A DNA stretch of 64,000 nucleotides from the human T2T-CHM13v2.0 reference genome, Homo sapiens, in assembly GCF_009914755.1 (NCBI RefSeq), contig NC_060947.1; one strand, written 5' to 3'. Positions 32,801-47,286 of the stretch are shown here, one piece after another; the first letter of the stretch is position 1; every line of letters starts with the position of its first letter. Both the position numbers and the translations under genes were made by a program. The notes under the pieces were generated by a model. That model did no database searches. It had not been told where the DNA came from and saw nothing but the letters and a program-made list of their open reading frames with translations.

Positions 32801-34221
32801 TGGGTCACACCTGAAGCCAGCACATTTCAGAGCCCAAGGCCCATGGCATATTACCTGCATATAACTGTTGGTTATTTGGCACCCAAGAATTCCTTAGTCA
32901 GCACTGATACATGCTGCCAGGACTGGGTATTTCCCTTTTGGGCAGCAGGTTCCCTTTTGGCCAAGGCTGTGTCTAGAAATGTCATCCATGAGCTATGGCC
33001 TCAAGTGGGAGCCTGATTACTCCACCCAGTGCCCTATCCTACTGTGGCTGAGCTGGTAAGACAAAGTCCTCTTTACACTTTGCTCTCCTCTCTTCAAGCA
33101 GGTTAAGAGTCACTTTTGTTGCTTCCAGTTGCACTGACTAGGGTTGGAGCAGAGGTGATGCAAGCACTCCCTTAGCCATACCAACTGATGTCTCCCTAGA
33201 TCATGTGCCACCCTAGTCCACTGGTACTAAGCCCAGCCCAGCACTAGGTATTGCTTAGGAATTGCAATCCCTGTGCCTTAGACTGCCCTTCAAGTTTACC
33301 TAGTACTGTGGAGCACTTTGGCTTGTCATGGCAAAGCCTGCTGACAAACTCAAGCTCTAAACACTGGGATAGGCAATTCCCCTCTGGCTAGCTCTGGTGC
33401 AGATTCTCTTCCATGTACGGGTACTGGCTGAGCCCAGCACAGCTTTTCTGTCTACTATAACAGGACAGCACTGAGTTCATTGTAAAGTCTTACAATTGCT
33501 GTGCTCTCCATCTCCCAAGCATACCGATTTCTCTGGTGCTCTTCTCCCAAGCATACAGATTTTTATGCACCATGTGGGTGCTGCCAGGGGAAGGGGAGAG
33601 GTGGCACAATCACTCCCTTAGCCACCACAGCTGATGTCTTAGTAGGTCACATGCCCCACTAGTCCACTGGATCTGAGCCCAACTCAGGATTAGGACTTGC
33701 CTAAGACTTGCTGTCCATGTGGCCTAGACTGTCCATCTAGTTCACTTAGTGCCCCATAGCACTTTAGCCCTTGGCGATGAGGCTTGCTGAAACTCAGACT
33801 CTGACTACCAGGATAGGCAATTCCCCTCTGGCTAGGGCCAGTCAAAGTGCCTCAGTGGGCAGGCATTATCTGGGTACAGTCCAATTCTGCTCTCTGCTGT
33901 GATAGGGCAGCACTGAGTTCAATGTAAAGTCTCCCTGTCAGTGCACTTTCCCTCCTGTGCATGGTGTACAGATTCTCTGCACCATGCAGCCACTTCAGGG
34001 GAATGGGGGAGGTGAGGTATCAGCAATTTAAGACTGTCTCTCCTACCCACTTAGAGTGCCACTTTCAGTGATATAAAGTTAACACTAGGTCGTGTGATTG
34101 CTCACCTAATTTTTTGGTTCTTGTGATGGTGCTTTTTGTGTGTAGTTAGTTGTTAACTTTTGCTGTTCCAACAGGGGGACTGAATAGGGTAGGCTTCTAT
34201 TCAGCCATCTTGTTCTGCCCC
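29860..34221 (-). mobile_element. L1MA/L1M1-type 5' half: EN start, long inter-ORF spacer, ORF1 remnant, ~2.3-kb 5'UTR
   Basis: ORF fragments [42 protein letters not shown] and DLSDREFKIAVLRKLKEIQ; 5' end GGGGCAGAACAAGATGGCTGAATAG. Confidence 0.88.
33160..34020. repeat. ~445-bp tandem duplication in the L1MA 5'UTR
   Basis: cactcccttagcca...tagtccactgg...gataggcaattcccctctggctag...cagcactgagttca occurs twice (from ~33165 and ~33611). Confidence 0.8.
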
Positions 34222-34229
34222 AGGAATAC

Positions 34230-34446
34230 ATTTCTGGTCAAATGCCTAAAGAAGTTGCAGAAGAAACAGGCCTGAATCCCAAAGCCTCCTGCAATTTTGG
34301 TGATTTTAAAAAATTATCCTAGTTACATACTTATTATTTCTGTATCTAATCTTACATTCAAAATTTTGTGTTTTTTTTTTTAATCAGAGTCCACCACCCC
34401 CAAGTTATATAACCTTCCCATTCCATGTAGCATGTATTCACCTCTG
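34230..34446 (+). mobile_element. hAT DNA transposon right end (MER69/Arthur1-like)
   Basis: Ends gtattcacctctg, a decayed inverted match to cataggcaaatat at 26814. Confidence 0.4.
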
Positions 34447-35570
34447 AGTATGGGAATTTTTGTACATGGTTTTAATATATATTCTGTAGAGAATACACTT
34501 TAGGAGCATTGTAGCTGGATTATATGGTATACTCATTTCAGCTTTAGTAGATACTACCAAATAGAGTTCCAAATTGGTCGTACTCCTTTACAACCTCATG
34601 GGTCATGTTTGAGAGTTCTTTTTGCTTACATGCTGGCCAATAATTGGTATTTTGGTGAGCTTTAGTGTTATCACATCATGGTTTTAATTTCTATTTCCTT
34701 GATAAAGGAGTTGAGTTGAGCACTTTTTCAATATGCTTATTACCCATTTGGATATAATCCTTTGTGAAATGTCTGTGCATGTCTTTTATCCATTTTCATT
34801 GAGTTGTTTGTCTTTTTCTTATTGATTATTAGGAGTTCTTATATACTCTGGTTACAAGAACTGAATTGGTTACAAACATATTTTTCTACTTGGTGCCTTG
34901 CCTTTTTACATTTTTAATGGGCCCTTTATTTCATACAATTTTCTAATTTTAATGTAGTCTGATTTATCAATCTTTTCTTAATGTACTTCTTGTACATTAA
35001 TTACTCTAAATAGTACTTCTTGTATTCCATTGAAGAAATCTTTGTCTGCCTTAAAGTTATGAGGATATTCTCTTATGTAATCATCAATGAGTTTTATTGC
35101 TTTATCCTTAACATTTAGATCTATAATCGAGATAAATTATTTTTTGTAAATGGCATAAATCAGAGGTCAAATTACAAATTTTTTTCCTAGGGGCCTTGCA
35201 TATTTCTTGCTAGATTTATCACAAGGTATTTAATATTTTAAGTGACAATTTTATATTTTATAAATTGTGTTTTCTAAATTTTTACAGAATACAATTCATT
35301 TCTGCATACTGACTTTAATAGCAGCAACCTTGCTATATTCATTATTTATTCTAGCAATATTTCTGAGATGTCTTTTAATTTTCTACATTAAAAATAATTT
35401 GTATATGAATAAAAATACATTTCTTTTTTCCTAATATTTATAATTTTATTTATTTTTATATTGTTATAGTGACTAGGAACTCCAGTACAATGGTGCACAA
35501 AAGAGATAAGACGAGAATCATTGTCTGGCTTCCAATCTCAGGATTAAATCTTTTAGTGTTTTACCATTTT
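34447..35570 (-). mobile_element. L1ME-like continuation
   Basis: Decayed ORF2 C-terminal antisense sequence collinear with 26320-26813. Confidence 0.7.
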
Positions 35571-35574
35571 CATG

Positions 35575-35828
35575 ACTCAAATGTCATCTTGTCTAAGATT
35601 ACTTCCCTAATCACACTGGTCACTCTCCCACGCCTCTCTGTTAAATTTTTATTCATAGAAACTTTCATTCTCTGAAATTATATTCTAAATTGTTTATGTG
35701 TTTATTATCAGGTCTCACTAGAAAGTAAGCTCTGTTAAGATAGTGCATTTAGTGATATAGCCCTAGAATTTTTAATAGTGAGTGGAAAAAAGTAGATGCT
35801 AAATAAACATTTATTGAATAAATGAATG
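35575..35828 (+). mobile_element. L2 3' end
   Basis: cactagaaagtaagctc...aataaacatttattgaataaatgaatg terminal motif. Confidence 0.8.
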
Positions 35829-35884
35829 TACAGTCCAATTCTGTACATTCATCGTACAGAATGTACAGAATTGGACTGTACATT
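35825..35884. repeat. Perfect inverted repeat, 26-bp arms with 8-nt loop
   Basis: aatgtacagtccaattctgtacattc (35825-35850) / gaatgtacagaattggactgtacatt (35859-35884). Confidence 0.97.
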
Positions 35885-35887
35885 GTA

Positions 35888-36060
35888 ATGCTCATGACAG
35901 TCCTGTGAGGTAAAAAAGAGTAGGACAGGTGATGACCTAATTATCCCCATCTCCTCATTTTATGAAGAAAGAAACTGAGGTTGGAATGAATAAGTGATTT
36001 GCTCAAAGTCAAGCAGCTTGTAAGTGACGGAGTTTTAGCAGAATCAAACCCTTTGGATTT
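35888..36060 (-). mobile_element. MIR SINE
   Basis: ctcattttatgaagaaagaaactgagg...aagtgatttgctcaaagtca. Confidence 0.75.
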
Positions 36061-36192
36061 TCTTTGTTTGCTCGTTTGTTTTTCTAATCCCTGTAGCAGC
36101 TGAACACAAAAGGAAGGCTTAGCCTTGCAGATAGGAGGAAAGGAGCAGCAAGATGAAGACAGTGATTTTAAAGGAGGCAAATTGAGGGAATT

Positions 36193-36302
36193 ATTACTTA
36201 TTTATTTATTTTTGTTTATTTATTTATTTTTTGAGGTGGAGTCTCTGTCGCCCAGGGCTGGAGTGCAGTGGTGCGATCTCGGCTCGGCTCACTGCAAGCT
36301 CC
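36193..36302 (-). mobile_element. 5'-truncated Alu (AluY-like 3' end)
   Basis: (TTTA)n tail, ctcactgcaagctcc; 14-bp TSD aaattgagggaatt at 36179-36192 and 36304-36317. Confidence 0.88.
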
Positions 36303-36761
36303 AAAATTGAGGGAATTCTTATCAAGGAGGAAGAGAATTTATGTGAGGAGCCTAGAAAGCAAAATAATGGGAATAATTTTGAAAGAATGAGAAAGGTGAA
36401 CAATAGGACAAGGCACAGCTATAAAAACTAAAGCTGTTGAGGAGTTGTAATTTGAGTAGCTTAAATATATGTTGTTAAAAATGGAGAAATGACTACTCAA
36501 TGAGGGAGGAACCATCTATGGTTTGGAGCATAGAGAGAATGATGGTCTTGCCATCGGAAGACAATTTCATGCATTTTAGCATGAAGTGAGGTGGTAGTAG
36601 TTCTAGAAACAGAAGTATAAGTAAAGAAATAATGCTAAAGATGAATAAGAAATTGGTGACTGATAGAATATCCAGAGGGAATGAATACCGGTTCTGAGCC
36701 TGGGGGTCCAAGAATCATAAATTGTTTATTCTTTGAAGGCAAGGAAGTTAAAAGTAGCTAC

Positions 36762-37529
36762 TGAAAGGTGAAAGTTCCCTTATCCCCCTCACAGGACGTG
36801 TGACACAGGTGTGCCCCACTGCTCTAGTGGGAGCATGCAGATGGGCAGGTGCAGAGGTTGTGGGAAGTGCTTTTGGGCTCTAGCCCCAAGGCAGAGTCTA
36901 GGGGTGGGTGTCTACAGCTCCCGAAGCCCAAGTGGGCGTGTATTACAGTGTGCTGTTTCAGCTTTGTCATCTGCAGGCGGCTTGTGTTAATCAGCTCAAT
37001 AGACCCTCTGCCTTATCGCAAGGGCAGCGGGCCAGTGTGACAGCCTGAGTTCTTGCCCAGTGTACTGGAATAATCAGATCGCACGAGGGCTGGAAGGAAT
37101 GCAAGGTTTTATTGAGTGGTGAAGGTGGTTCTCAGTGAGATGGATGGGGGGCCAGAAGTGGGGGGTGGAAGGTGGTCTTTCCCTTTTCCTTTTCTGACCA
37201 GTCCTGCCTGAACTCCCCTCGGTTTCCAGACATCTTTCCTCATCTCTTTCTCTGCCATGCTGCCCCGCCGCTCTCTGCTACTCGCTGCAACTCTGTTCCT
37301 CTGCTCCTCTCATTGTGATGTTCAGCTGCTTGTGTCTGTGCCTGCTAAAGTCTTGGGTTTATATGGGGGCAGGATGGAAGGGCGTGGTGGGGCCAAAAGG
37401 CAACTTTTGGGTGCGAAAACAGAAATGCCTGTCTTCATTTAGGGCCACGGGTACAGGCCCAAGGGTGGAGACTTCACCAGGGACCCCGCACTTCTCTAAC
37501 CAACACTTCCCTGCCCGCCTCCTGTATCA
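36762..37529 (-). mobile_element. Solo ERV1 LTR (LTR1/LTR27/LTR28 group)
   Basis: TG...CA termini; 4-bp TSD ctac (36758-36761, 37530-37533); the minus strand begins tgatacagga and is homologous to the 19750 LTR. Confidence 0.85.
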
Positions 37530-38534
37530 CTACTATATAAATGCATTTATTATTTATTATACTTCTGGGAAAAGTAGTGTGCTGAATACTAAATGCAATC
37601 ATTAGATAATATTCTTAATTTTATACCACATAAAATACAAACACTAAGTTGAAGAGCATTAGGTATGGATATACTTTTTGGACCATTACATCAGAATAAT
37701 TTTGTGTCTTCACTTTGTTTAGAAGGAAGTGTTAGAGTTATAAATTTCAGTTCCGTTAACTCAACTTGATTCCTGACACAGTGAATTTCAAACAGAAAAC
37801 AAGATAGCAATTCATACATCATATTCACTAATGAACTTAAATTCACCTAATTAAAAGATAACAAAATATTTGACAATGGGAAATTATCTTTCAAGCAAAG
37901 ACTTTGATTATCTCTTTTTCTGAAAATAGTTAATAGCAAACAGACTCATACACACACAAATCCTGATAAAATTATATATATATTTTAGAACAATATAATA
38001 AGCTTCCAGAAAAAAATCATTTGCATTTATATAATTTAAAATGACTTATTGTGAATTTTTTTCCAAAGTAGTCTGCAAATGGAAGAGTTTATATGTTTGA
38101 TATTGATATTAATAAATAAAAGAAAGGTGACTACACATTGTGTCTTGGGCTTATTTATACTTAACTGCTGGGTCTTATTATTTATAGCATTCATTACAGG
38201 AAGGAGAAGTGACATATTCTGGGAAAAGGAGGATAGTAACCAATATATTCAGTCAAAAATGCTTAAACCTATCAGGGATGTCGCATTTTGTTACAAACCA
38301 AAATGCAGGCAGGATTTTAAAATTTGCAAAAGACTGACCTAGAGCTAACAAGTGAGCAGCTATAGAAGAAAAGTGAGTCTTTTCTATATGCCAAGGCAGC
38401 TGAGCAAACTAAGTGGGAGGTGACTGTATATTTGGCACTAGATAGAACAAATAACTGGCTGAAAGCATTATTGGCATATGATATGGGAGTTGCAGATAAA
38501 ATCTGAAGCAAGTGAGGTGTCTCTTCTTTCATCT

Positions 38535-39430
38535 TTATATTAGGGTCTAATCAACATACAGAATTGGAAATTTCACAAAATGGACACATCTGAGTAATCA
38601 GTACCCAGATCAACACATTGAACATTACCGGGACTACAGAAGCCCTCTTCATAATCCCTTCTCATCACAACCTCCATGCCCCTACAAATGGTAAACTCCA
38701 CACTGACTTTTAAAAGCTCACACATTTTTGTACTTTATTTACATGGAATTATATATCATGAACTATTTTTCTAGATTCTTTCACTCAAATTGTTGTATAT
38801 GAGATTCATACAGATTGTTATATGTAGTTGTAGATAGTTTATTCTCATTGCTGTATAGCATTCATCATCTCTCCATACAGCATTCATTGCATGACTATAC
38901 AACATTCTACTGCTGATGGACGTTTAGGTTGTTTACAGTCTGGGGTTATTATGAGTAGAGTAACTATGAACATTTTAGTACATGTCTTTTGGTGAATATA
39001 TGTGCTTTTTCTGTTGGGTGTATACCAGGAAGTGTAATTGCTACTTGGAGTATGCAGCATCATTCAACTTTAGGAATTACTGACAAAGAGTTTCCTAAAG
39101 TGGTTTTATCAGTTTTACTATTGCCAGCAGTATGAGCATCCTAAATACTTGGTGTTAACATTCTCTGTCAAGTTTATGATTCTGGTGAATGCCTATTGAT
39201 AGTTCATTGACTACCATAGTTGAGTTTCTTGTTATATGTTTATCATTAACTTGCATGTCTTCTTGGGTAAATTGCCTATTCTAGTCTTTCTTCTCTTGGC
39301 TTGTCTGTCTTTTTTGTAATTGATATCTTACAAATATTATGGATGGTAGTCTTTTATTGGATATAAGTATTGTAAATATTTACCCTACTCTAAGAATTCT
39401 TTTTTACTCCTTTAAGGGTGATTTTTTAAA
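38535..39430 (-). mobile_element. L1ME-like 3' region; continues 40770-41510
   Basis: Same motif series as 26320-26813. Confidence 0.7.
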
Positions 39431-39434
39431 TAGG

Positions 39435-40763
39435 ACACCACACATATACAACCATTTAATCTTTGACAAACCTGACAAAAACAAGCAATGAGAAAAGGAT
39501 TCCCTATTTAATAAATGGTGCTGGGAAAACTGGCTAGCCATATGCAGAAAACTGAAACTGGACCCCTTCCTTACACCTTATATAAAAACTAACCCAAGAT
39601 GGATTAAAAACTTAAATGTAAGACCTAACAAACACCATAAAAACCCTAGAAGAAAACCTAGGCAATACCATTCAGGACATAGGCATGAGCAAAGACTTCA
39701 TGACTAAAACACCAAAAGCAACGACAACAAAAGCCAAAATTCACAAATGAGATCTAATTAAACTAAAGAGCTTCTGCACAGCAAAAGAAACTCATCAGAG
39801 TGAACAGGCAACCTACAGAATGGGAGAAAATTTTTGCAATCTATCCATCTGACAAAGGGCTAATATCCAGAATCTACAAAAAACCTAAATAAATTTACAA
39901 GAAAAAAGCAAACAACCCCATCAACAAGTGGGCGAAGGATATGAACAGACACTTCTCAAAAGAAGACGTTTATGTGGCCAACAAACATGAAAAAAAGCTC
40001 ATGATCACTGGTCATTAGAGAATTTCAAATCAAAACCACAATGAGATACCATCTCATGCCAGTTAGAATGGCGATTATTAAAAAGTCAGGAAACAATAGA
40101 TGCTGGAGAGGATGTGGAGAAATAGGAATGCTTTTACACTGTTGGTGGAAGTGTAAATTAGTTCAACCATTGTGGAAGACAGTGTGGTGATTCCTCAAGG
40201 ATTTATAACTAGAAATATCATTTGACCCAGCAATCCCATTACTGAGTATATACCCAAAGGATTATAAATCACTCTACTATAAAGACACATGCACACGTAT
40301 GCTTATTGCAGCACTGTTCACAATAGCAAAGACTTGGAACCAACCCAAATGCCCATCAATGATAAACTCGATAAACAGAATGTGGCACATATATACCATG
40401 GAATACTATGCAGCCATGAAAAAGGAATGAGTTCATGTCCTTTGCAGGGACAAGGATGAAGCTGGAAACCATCATTCTCAGCAGACTAACACAAGAACAT
40501 AAAACCAAACACCGCATGTTCTCAGTCATAAGTGGGAGTTGAACAATGAGAACACATGGGCACAGGGAGGGGAACATCACACAACTGGGGCCTGTCAGGG
40601 GTGGGGGCCTGGGGGAGGGATAGCATTAGGAGAAATACCTAATATAGATGACAGGTTGATGGGTGCAGCAAACCACCATGGCACGTGTATACCTATGTAA
40701 CAAGCCTGCACATTCTGCACATGTATCCCAGAACTTAAAGTATAATAATAAAAAATAAATAAA
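39435..40763 (+). mobile_element. 5'-truncated L1PA7-like (~1.3 kb)
   Basis: ORF2 3' end, 3'UTR, A-rich tail; short TSD taaatagg. Confidence 0.92.
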
Positions 40764-40769
40764 TAAATA

Positions 40770-41510
<741 letters not shown>

Positions 41511-41924
41511 GTTTATGACCATCAACAGAGACTACAAGAGTGATCTTTACCTGTCAGACACATCATAACATGTCTTCTCCAAACTATTACTAATGTATAT
41601 TCAAATACTGTGATGATTTTGACTAAAAACGCTCAAATTTGAAGGTTGGCTTTGAGCTATCAACTTCAAATAAAGTTTAATTTCTTTTTAATGCAGAGTA
41701 GAATGTACAGAATACTATTAGAAGAAATGAAAAATATTAGGCAACACCAAACAAATATACCTGTCAGACTTACTAAAAATATTTTGGGGAAAAAAAGTCT
41801 ATTCTCCTTGAATGGTAATAGTTGGGCCAAAGGAGGAGGCTAGGGGTCCAGGATCCAAGACTAATACACTCAGATTCCATATAGTGTTTTTCCATTGGTT
41901 CAATCTTCTCCAATTCTTTTGCAG

Positions 41925-42080
41925 AAGGTGAGCAGTTTTTCTTAAGTGTGGACAATAGAGTACCTGCATCAGAATCATATACTGAATTAGAATTACTGGG
42001 TGTGGGCCTTGAGAATATACATTTGAACAGGCCTTTTAATTGATTCTTATGCACATTATACTTTGAAAAACATTCATGTA
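41925..42080. mobile_element. MER5-like hAT-Charlie MITE
   Basis: cagtttttcttaagtgtgg...tactgaattagaattactgggtgtgggcc...tgattcttatgcaca. Confidence 0.65.
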
Positions 42081-42083
42081 GAG

Positions 42084-42257
42084 CAGTGGTTCTCAACCAC
42101 TGGTAATTTTGGCCCTGAAGGGATATTTGGTATTTTGATTGTTACACTGACATGGAAGACATGCTGCCAGCATCATGTTACAATTCACTGTACAGTCTTC
42201 TACAACAAAGAATTATCAATTTCAAAATTTCAATAGTGCCACTGTTGAGAAACCCTG
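42084..42257. mobile_element. MER20 hAT-Charlie MITE
   Basis: TIRs cagtggttctcaac / gttgagaaaccctg; internal acaacaaagaattatc. Confidence 0.8.
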
Positions 42258-42769
42258 ATCTAGAGATAATGAGGGAACTAAAGGAACCTGGTTGAAACCA
42301 GCAAGCATTTTTATACTAGAAGAAATAGCTACACAAAATGACTTAAATCAGTGCCCAGCCTCCAAAAACAGCAGAAGCCTTCAGTCATTTTTCAGCATTA
42401 ACTTTTGCCAAGACATGTCCTGGCTGCTATGACCATTAGTTCCAAGGAATTTTGCTGCCATTAAGCTTCAGCCTTCACTCCTTACAATGTAGATTCTTTA
42501 GGGCCTGCCTCAGTCATTCAGAGTAACAAGAAAAAAATTTAATTCAAGTGTTCACTCCATTGAAGGGAATTTTCAGGCATTTTTCATATGCGATTCCAAG
42601 TTATTTTCACAACAACATTGTGAAACAGACAGTATCATATATTTTTAAGTGTTAGGACATTTTAGATAAGTGAAATGGAGCTCAGAGGAAATAATTAATT
42701 TCCTTTGAATACAGGTTATGATTGAAACTTCTGTCATAAATAGCTCACAGTGCATTAGTAAGTAGTATT

Positions 42770-43127
42770 TGTATTAGCTTGTTTTCATGCTGCTGATAAA
42801 ACATACCTGAGACTGGGCAATTTATAAAAGAAAGAGGTTTAATTGGACTTACAGTTCCATGTGGCTGGGGAAGCCTCATAATCATGGTGGAAGGCAAGGA
42901 GGAGCAAGTCACATCTTACATGGATGGCAGCAGGCAGAGAGAGAGAGAGCTTGTGCAGGGAAACTCCCCCTTATAAAACCAACAGATCTCATGAGACTTA
43001 TTCACTATCATGAGAACAGCATGGGAAAGACCTGCCCTCATGATTCAATTACCTCCCACCAGGTCCTTCCCACAACACATGAGAATTCAAGATGAGATTT
43101 GTGTGGGGACATAGCCAAACCATATCA
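42770..43127 (-). mobile_element. THE1 (MaLR) solo LTR
   Basis: 358 bp, tgtattag...aaccatatca; 5-bp TSD gtatt (42765-42769, 43128-43132). Confidence 0.93.
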
Positions 43128-44184
43128 GTATTGTATATAATGTATGGAGTATAATGAAAGTAATTAATATTTATAAGCCTTGCACTTAACACACGTAATA
43201 ATATTTTGTTACATCTTAATGTCATATCATATATAGAAAACAAAGGTCAGAGAGGTGAAATTAGTTGTACAAGGACACATAACTAGTAAGTGATGCTCTG
43301 TTAGATTCCTAAGTGCTGTAACTACTACACTGCTATATTAACTGATATATGCATGTTAATGTAACTTATAAACCAGGAAGAGATACAAATATTAAATGCT
43401 ATTCCAAAAGTCAAACTGGATGCAATTTAAATAAATTATGTTCCTGGCATTGTAGATAACAGGAAGAGAAAAATATTTTAGTATTTAATATTTTGTTTCT
43501 TACAGGCAGAAACTATATAAACATCTGTGGGATTTGCTTTTTGATAATGTAAAGTTTTAAAAGCAATCCTCTAGTCTGAAGTTCTGAAATCTATTTGACC
43601 GAAAGCTTTCATTGTCATAATTACTTTTATTAGCTAATCAACTTGAATTGTGCAAAATTACTTCAAATAACATTTGAGTAATTTTTCCCAGTCATTTAAC
43701 TTTATTTCTCAAAATAGAATCAGTAAGGAACAACCTGTCTTTGGAGATTAGAACTGTCAATATCTTCTCCAGGCTTGAACTGTTTAGAGCAACAACAGCT
43801 TTCAAGGGTGGATTACTTGCATTTGACAGTAATTGTTCCTGTTTGAGCTAAATTCTTTTGGAGATTTTTGGAAATTGCTTCTCTGATCTATAGGTAAGTC
43901 AAAATTTTCTTTTAGCAGTGTTTTTGAGATATACAAGTTCTGTGCATAATTTTACAAGGAAGAAAAATGTCAAATTTTACCAAGGTTTCAAGCACTACAC
44001 TGTAAGAGGATTATCTATTGTAGAGTACAAAAATTATCATTCTTTGCATTTTAATATAGCATTGATTTATGCTGCATACTGAACACAGGACAACAGATTT
44101 TCATACTTGCTTTAAAAAGTATAATATTCCATATTACAAATACAAATCTTATTTATATATAAACATTTTACAGTATTTTTTCAT

Positions 44185-45720
44185 ATATATACAATGTGAT
44201 TTTAAAGTCTAATTTACCCACTATAAACTTCATACATTGTAAATACTCTGTTCAATGATTTTGAAAAAATTTACAAAGTTGCTCAACACATCACTACAAT
44301 TCATTTTAAAATATGTCTACCACCCCACTTAATAGTCAGTTCCCTCCGCCACTACCAGAAAAGCACTGATCTTGTTCCCGCCTCTCTATATTTATCCTTT
44401 CTGGACATTTCATACAAATAAAATCATGTAACATGTGGTATTTTGTGTCTGAATTATTGCACTTACATGTTTTTAAGGTTCATGTTGTAGCATGTATCAT
44501 TACTTTGTCACTTTTTATTGATAGATAATATTCCATTGTACAGACATAGCACATTTTATTGATTCATCCTCAGTTGATGAACACTTAGATTTTTCCCCAT
44601 GTTTTGGCTATAAATAATGATGCTATGAAAATTCATGTATAAGTCTTGATACAGATACATATTTTCATTCCTTTTGGGTAAATAACTAAAAGAAATGGAA
44701 GTGGTACCATTTGACCCAGCAATCCCATTACTGGGTATATACCCAAAGGATTATAAATCATTCTACTATAAAGACACATGCACGTGTATGTTTACTATAG
44801 CACTATTTATAATAGCAAAGACTTGGAACCAGCCTAAATGCCCATCAATGATAGACTGGATAAAGAAAATGTGGCACATATACACCATGGAATACTACGC
44901 AGCCTTTAAAAAGAATGAGTTCATGTCCTTTGCAGGGACATGGATGAAGCTGGAAACCATCATTCTCAGCAAACTAACACAGGAATAGAAAACCAAACAC
45001 CACATGCTCTCACTCATAAGTGGGAGCTGAACAATGAGAACACGTGGACACAGGGTGGGGAACATCACCCCTCAGGGCCTATCAGGTGGTGGGGGGCAAG
45101 GGGAGGGAGAGCATTAGGACAAATACCTAATGCATGCGGGGCTTAAAACCTAGATGACGGGTTGATGGGTGCAGCAAACTACCTTGGCACATGTATACCT
45201 ACGTAACAAACCTGCACATTCTACATATGTATCCCAGAGCTTAAAGTATAATTTTTAAAAATGCAAAAAAAAAAAAAAAAAAAGAAATGGAAGTGGAAGT
45301 GGAATGGCTAGGTCATATGGTAAATCAATGTTTAATATTTTGGGGGAACTGTCAGACTGTTTTTCAAGACACAGGCATCATTTTACATTTCACCAGTGAT
45401 ATGTGAGGGTTCTGGTTTCTTCACATTCTTACCAACACTTGTTATCATCGGACTTTAAAAATTATAGTCATCCTTATGGGCATTAAGTGGTATGTTATTG
45501 GTAGTTGGATTGCATTTCCCTAATGGCTAATGATGCTGGTTATCTTTTCATGTGCCACTTGTCTATAAACACATCATTTTTGGAGAAACGGCTATTCAGA
45601 TAAGTTTTCCATTTTTTGAATTGAGTTGTTTGTATTCTTATTATTGAATTGTAAGGGATTTTTTATATATTCTTGATACATGTCCCTTATTAGATATAGG
45701 ATTTGCAAATATTTTCTAAC
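44185..45720 (-). mobile_element. L1MB-like 3' region, split by an L1PA insertion
   Basis: ctggacatttcatacaaataaaatcat...ggctaggtcatatggtaa, collinear across the insert. Confidence 0.75.
44705..45279 (+). mobile_element. 5'-truncated L1PA8-like (~575 bp)
   Basis: ORF 44695..44988 [14 protein letters not shown]; poly(A); 17-bp TSD aaaagaaatggaagtgg at 44688-44704 and 45280-45296. Confidence 0.95.
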
Positions 45721-47286
45721 CTCAGATTGTGTGTAAAATGGGGAAATGGGTGACCTTTGCTCTGTGGGCTTGACCTGCCATTTTGTCATTAGCCATTTTG
45801 GATCCCTATGTCCACATCTGAAAAAGAAGTGTTCAAAATTCATGCTACATGGTGGTATCTTATGGGTACTTGTGGCAAAAGTTAAATATACCACATATTC
45901 TGGAGGCAGCCATTTTACTAAAACAATTCAGGCAGATAACATTCTATCAAAATAATATTTTGGTTTTACAAATTAGCATTGATCCTCACACCTTTCCCCT
46001 AAAAAATTTTTGCATTTATTTGTGTATGTGTATGTGTCTATCTATATGTGCTTTTAAGCATGCTTTGGTTGAACAGTTTATGAATCATTGGAAGTTCTTA
46101 ATAACATTTGATGTTCTATGACATATAATAGGGATATGACAAATATCTCCTACTCTTTCACCCTCAAATATCTCTGACTTCTAAGCAAGCTCTGATGGAA
46201 CCCCTTATATTCTGGCCTCTGCGATGTATAATACGTGTAAATATTTACAATATGTGTAAATATTGAACTGTATCAGAGGAGATCATGTTTAAGTTAACCC
46301 AGAAGTAAACTTTTGTTAACGTGAAAATTGTATGTAAACAATGTCTCCCTAATTTATCTCCTTTGTAAATTTAATTTGTATCTTGTTATGCTTTCTTAAA
46401 GCAGGATAAACTATCTTACATTTTTTGTTTTTAATTTTCTTGAAATCATGGAAACATTATGGTTAGAGAAACTCAGAATCAGATAGTCTGTATTATTCAA
46501 GGTCACTCAGCTAGTTAACAACTAATTCATAATAAAGAAAGTCCATATAGCTGGTTATTATTGATTGCTATATTCTTTTACATTATTGACAACTCAAGGC
46601 AGAGATAACATTACACTAGTATGAATAAGCCTGCTTGAAATTTATTTCCTATAAAGGACATTTAAATTTGATTTTATATAAAACATTGTACCCTAGATAA
46701 ATCCTGAATTTTTATTTCCTTTCTGTAGAAACCTTTGGTAATTCATGGGGCACTTACAGTCTGAATATTATAAATTACAGTAGATCAGAATGTTTACCTT
46801 GAATACCTGAATTTGCATGCCATCTTTCAAAATCTAGTCCATTTTTTATTTCTTTGCCAAATATGTGTGATTTTGGAAAATTTATGAGTGAGAATAAAAG
46901 GTAAGAGCATATAAAGAAATATAAATGAAACTATAAATAAATATGTTTTTCTCCATTTGCTTATTGTTAGCAGAATGTTATGGCTTGAGTTTTTTTCACA
47001 TTTGCAGATTATTTATAAACAAACTTCAATATGACTTTTTAAAAATATGCATAAAATTTTTTAATCCAGTATAATAAAATGGCTGAAATTGAAAAATAAA
47101 TCTAACCATATGTAAAACTTAAAGAACACTTTACTTATAGCTAAACACATTAAATAATGCACTTTTCAATTCCATGAACAATTAATTCCTTCAAAAAAGT
47201 CCATCATTTGTAAGATAATATGGGAATATTGCTTTAAAATTCTCTGAAATTGAAAAATTAAACATGGTGTTCAAACGCCATACCTA

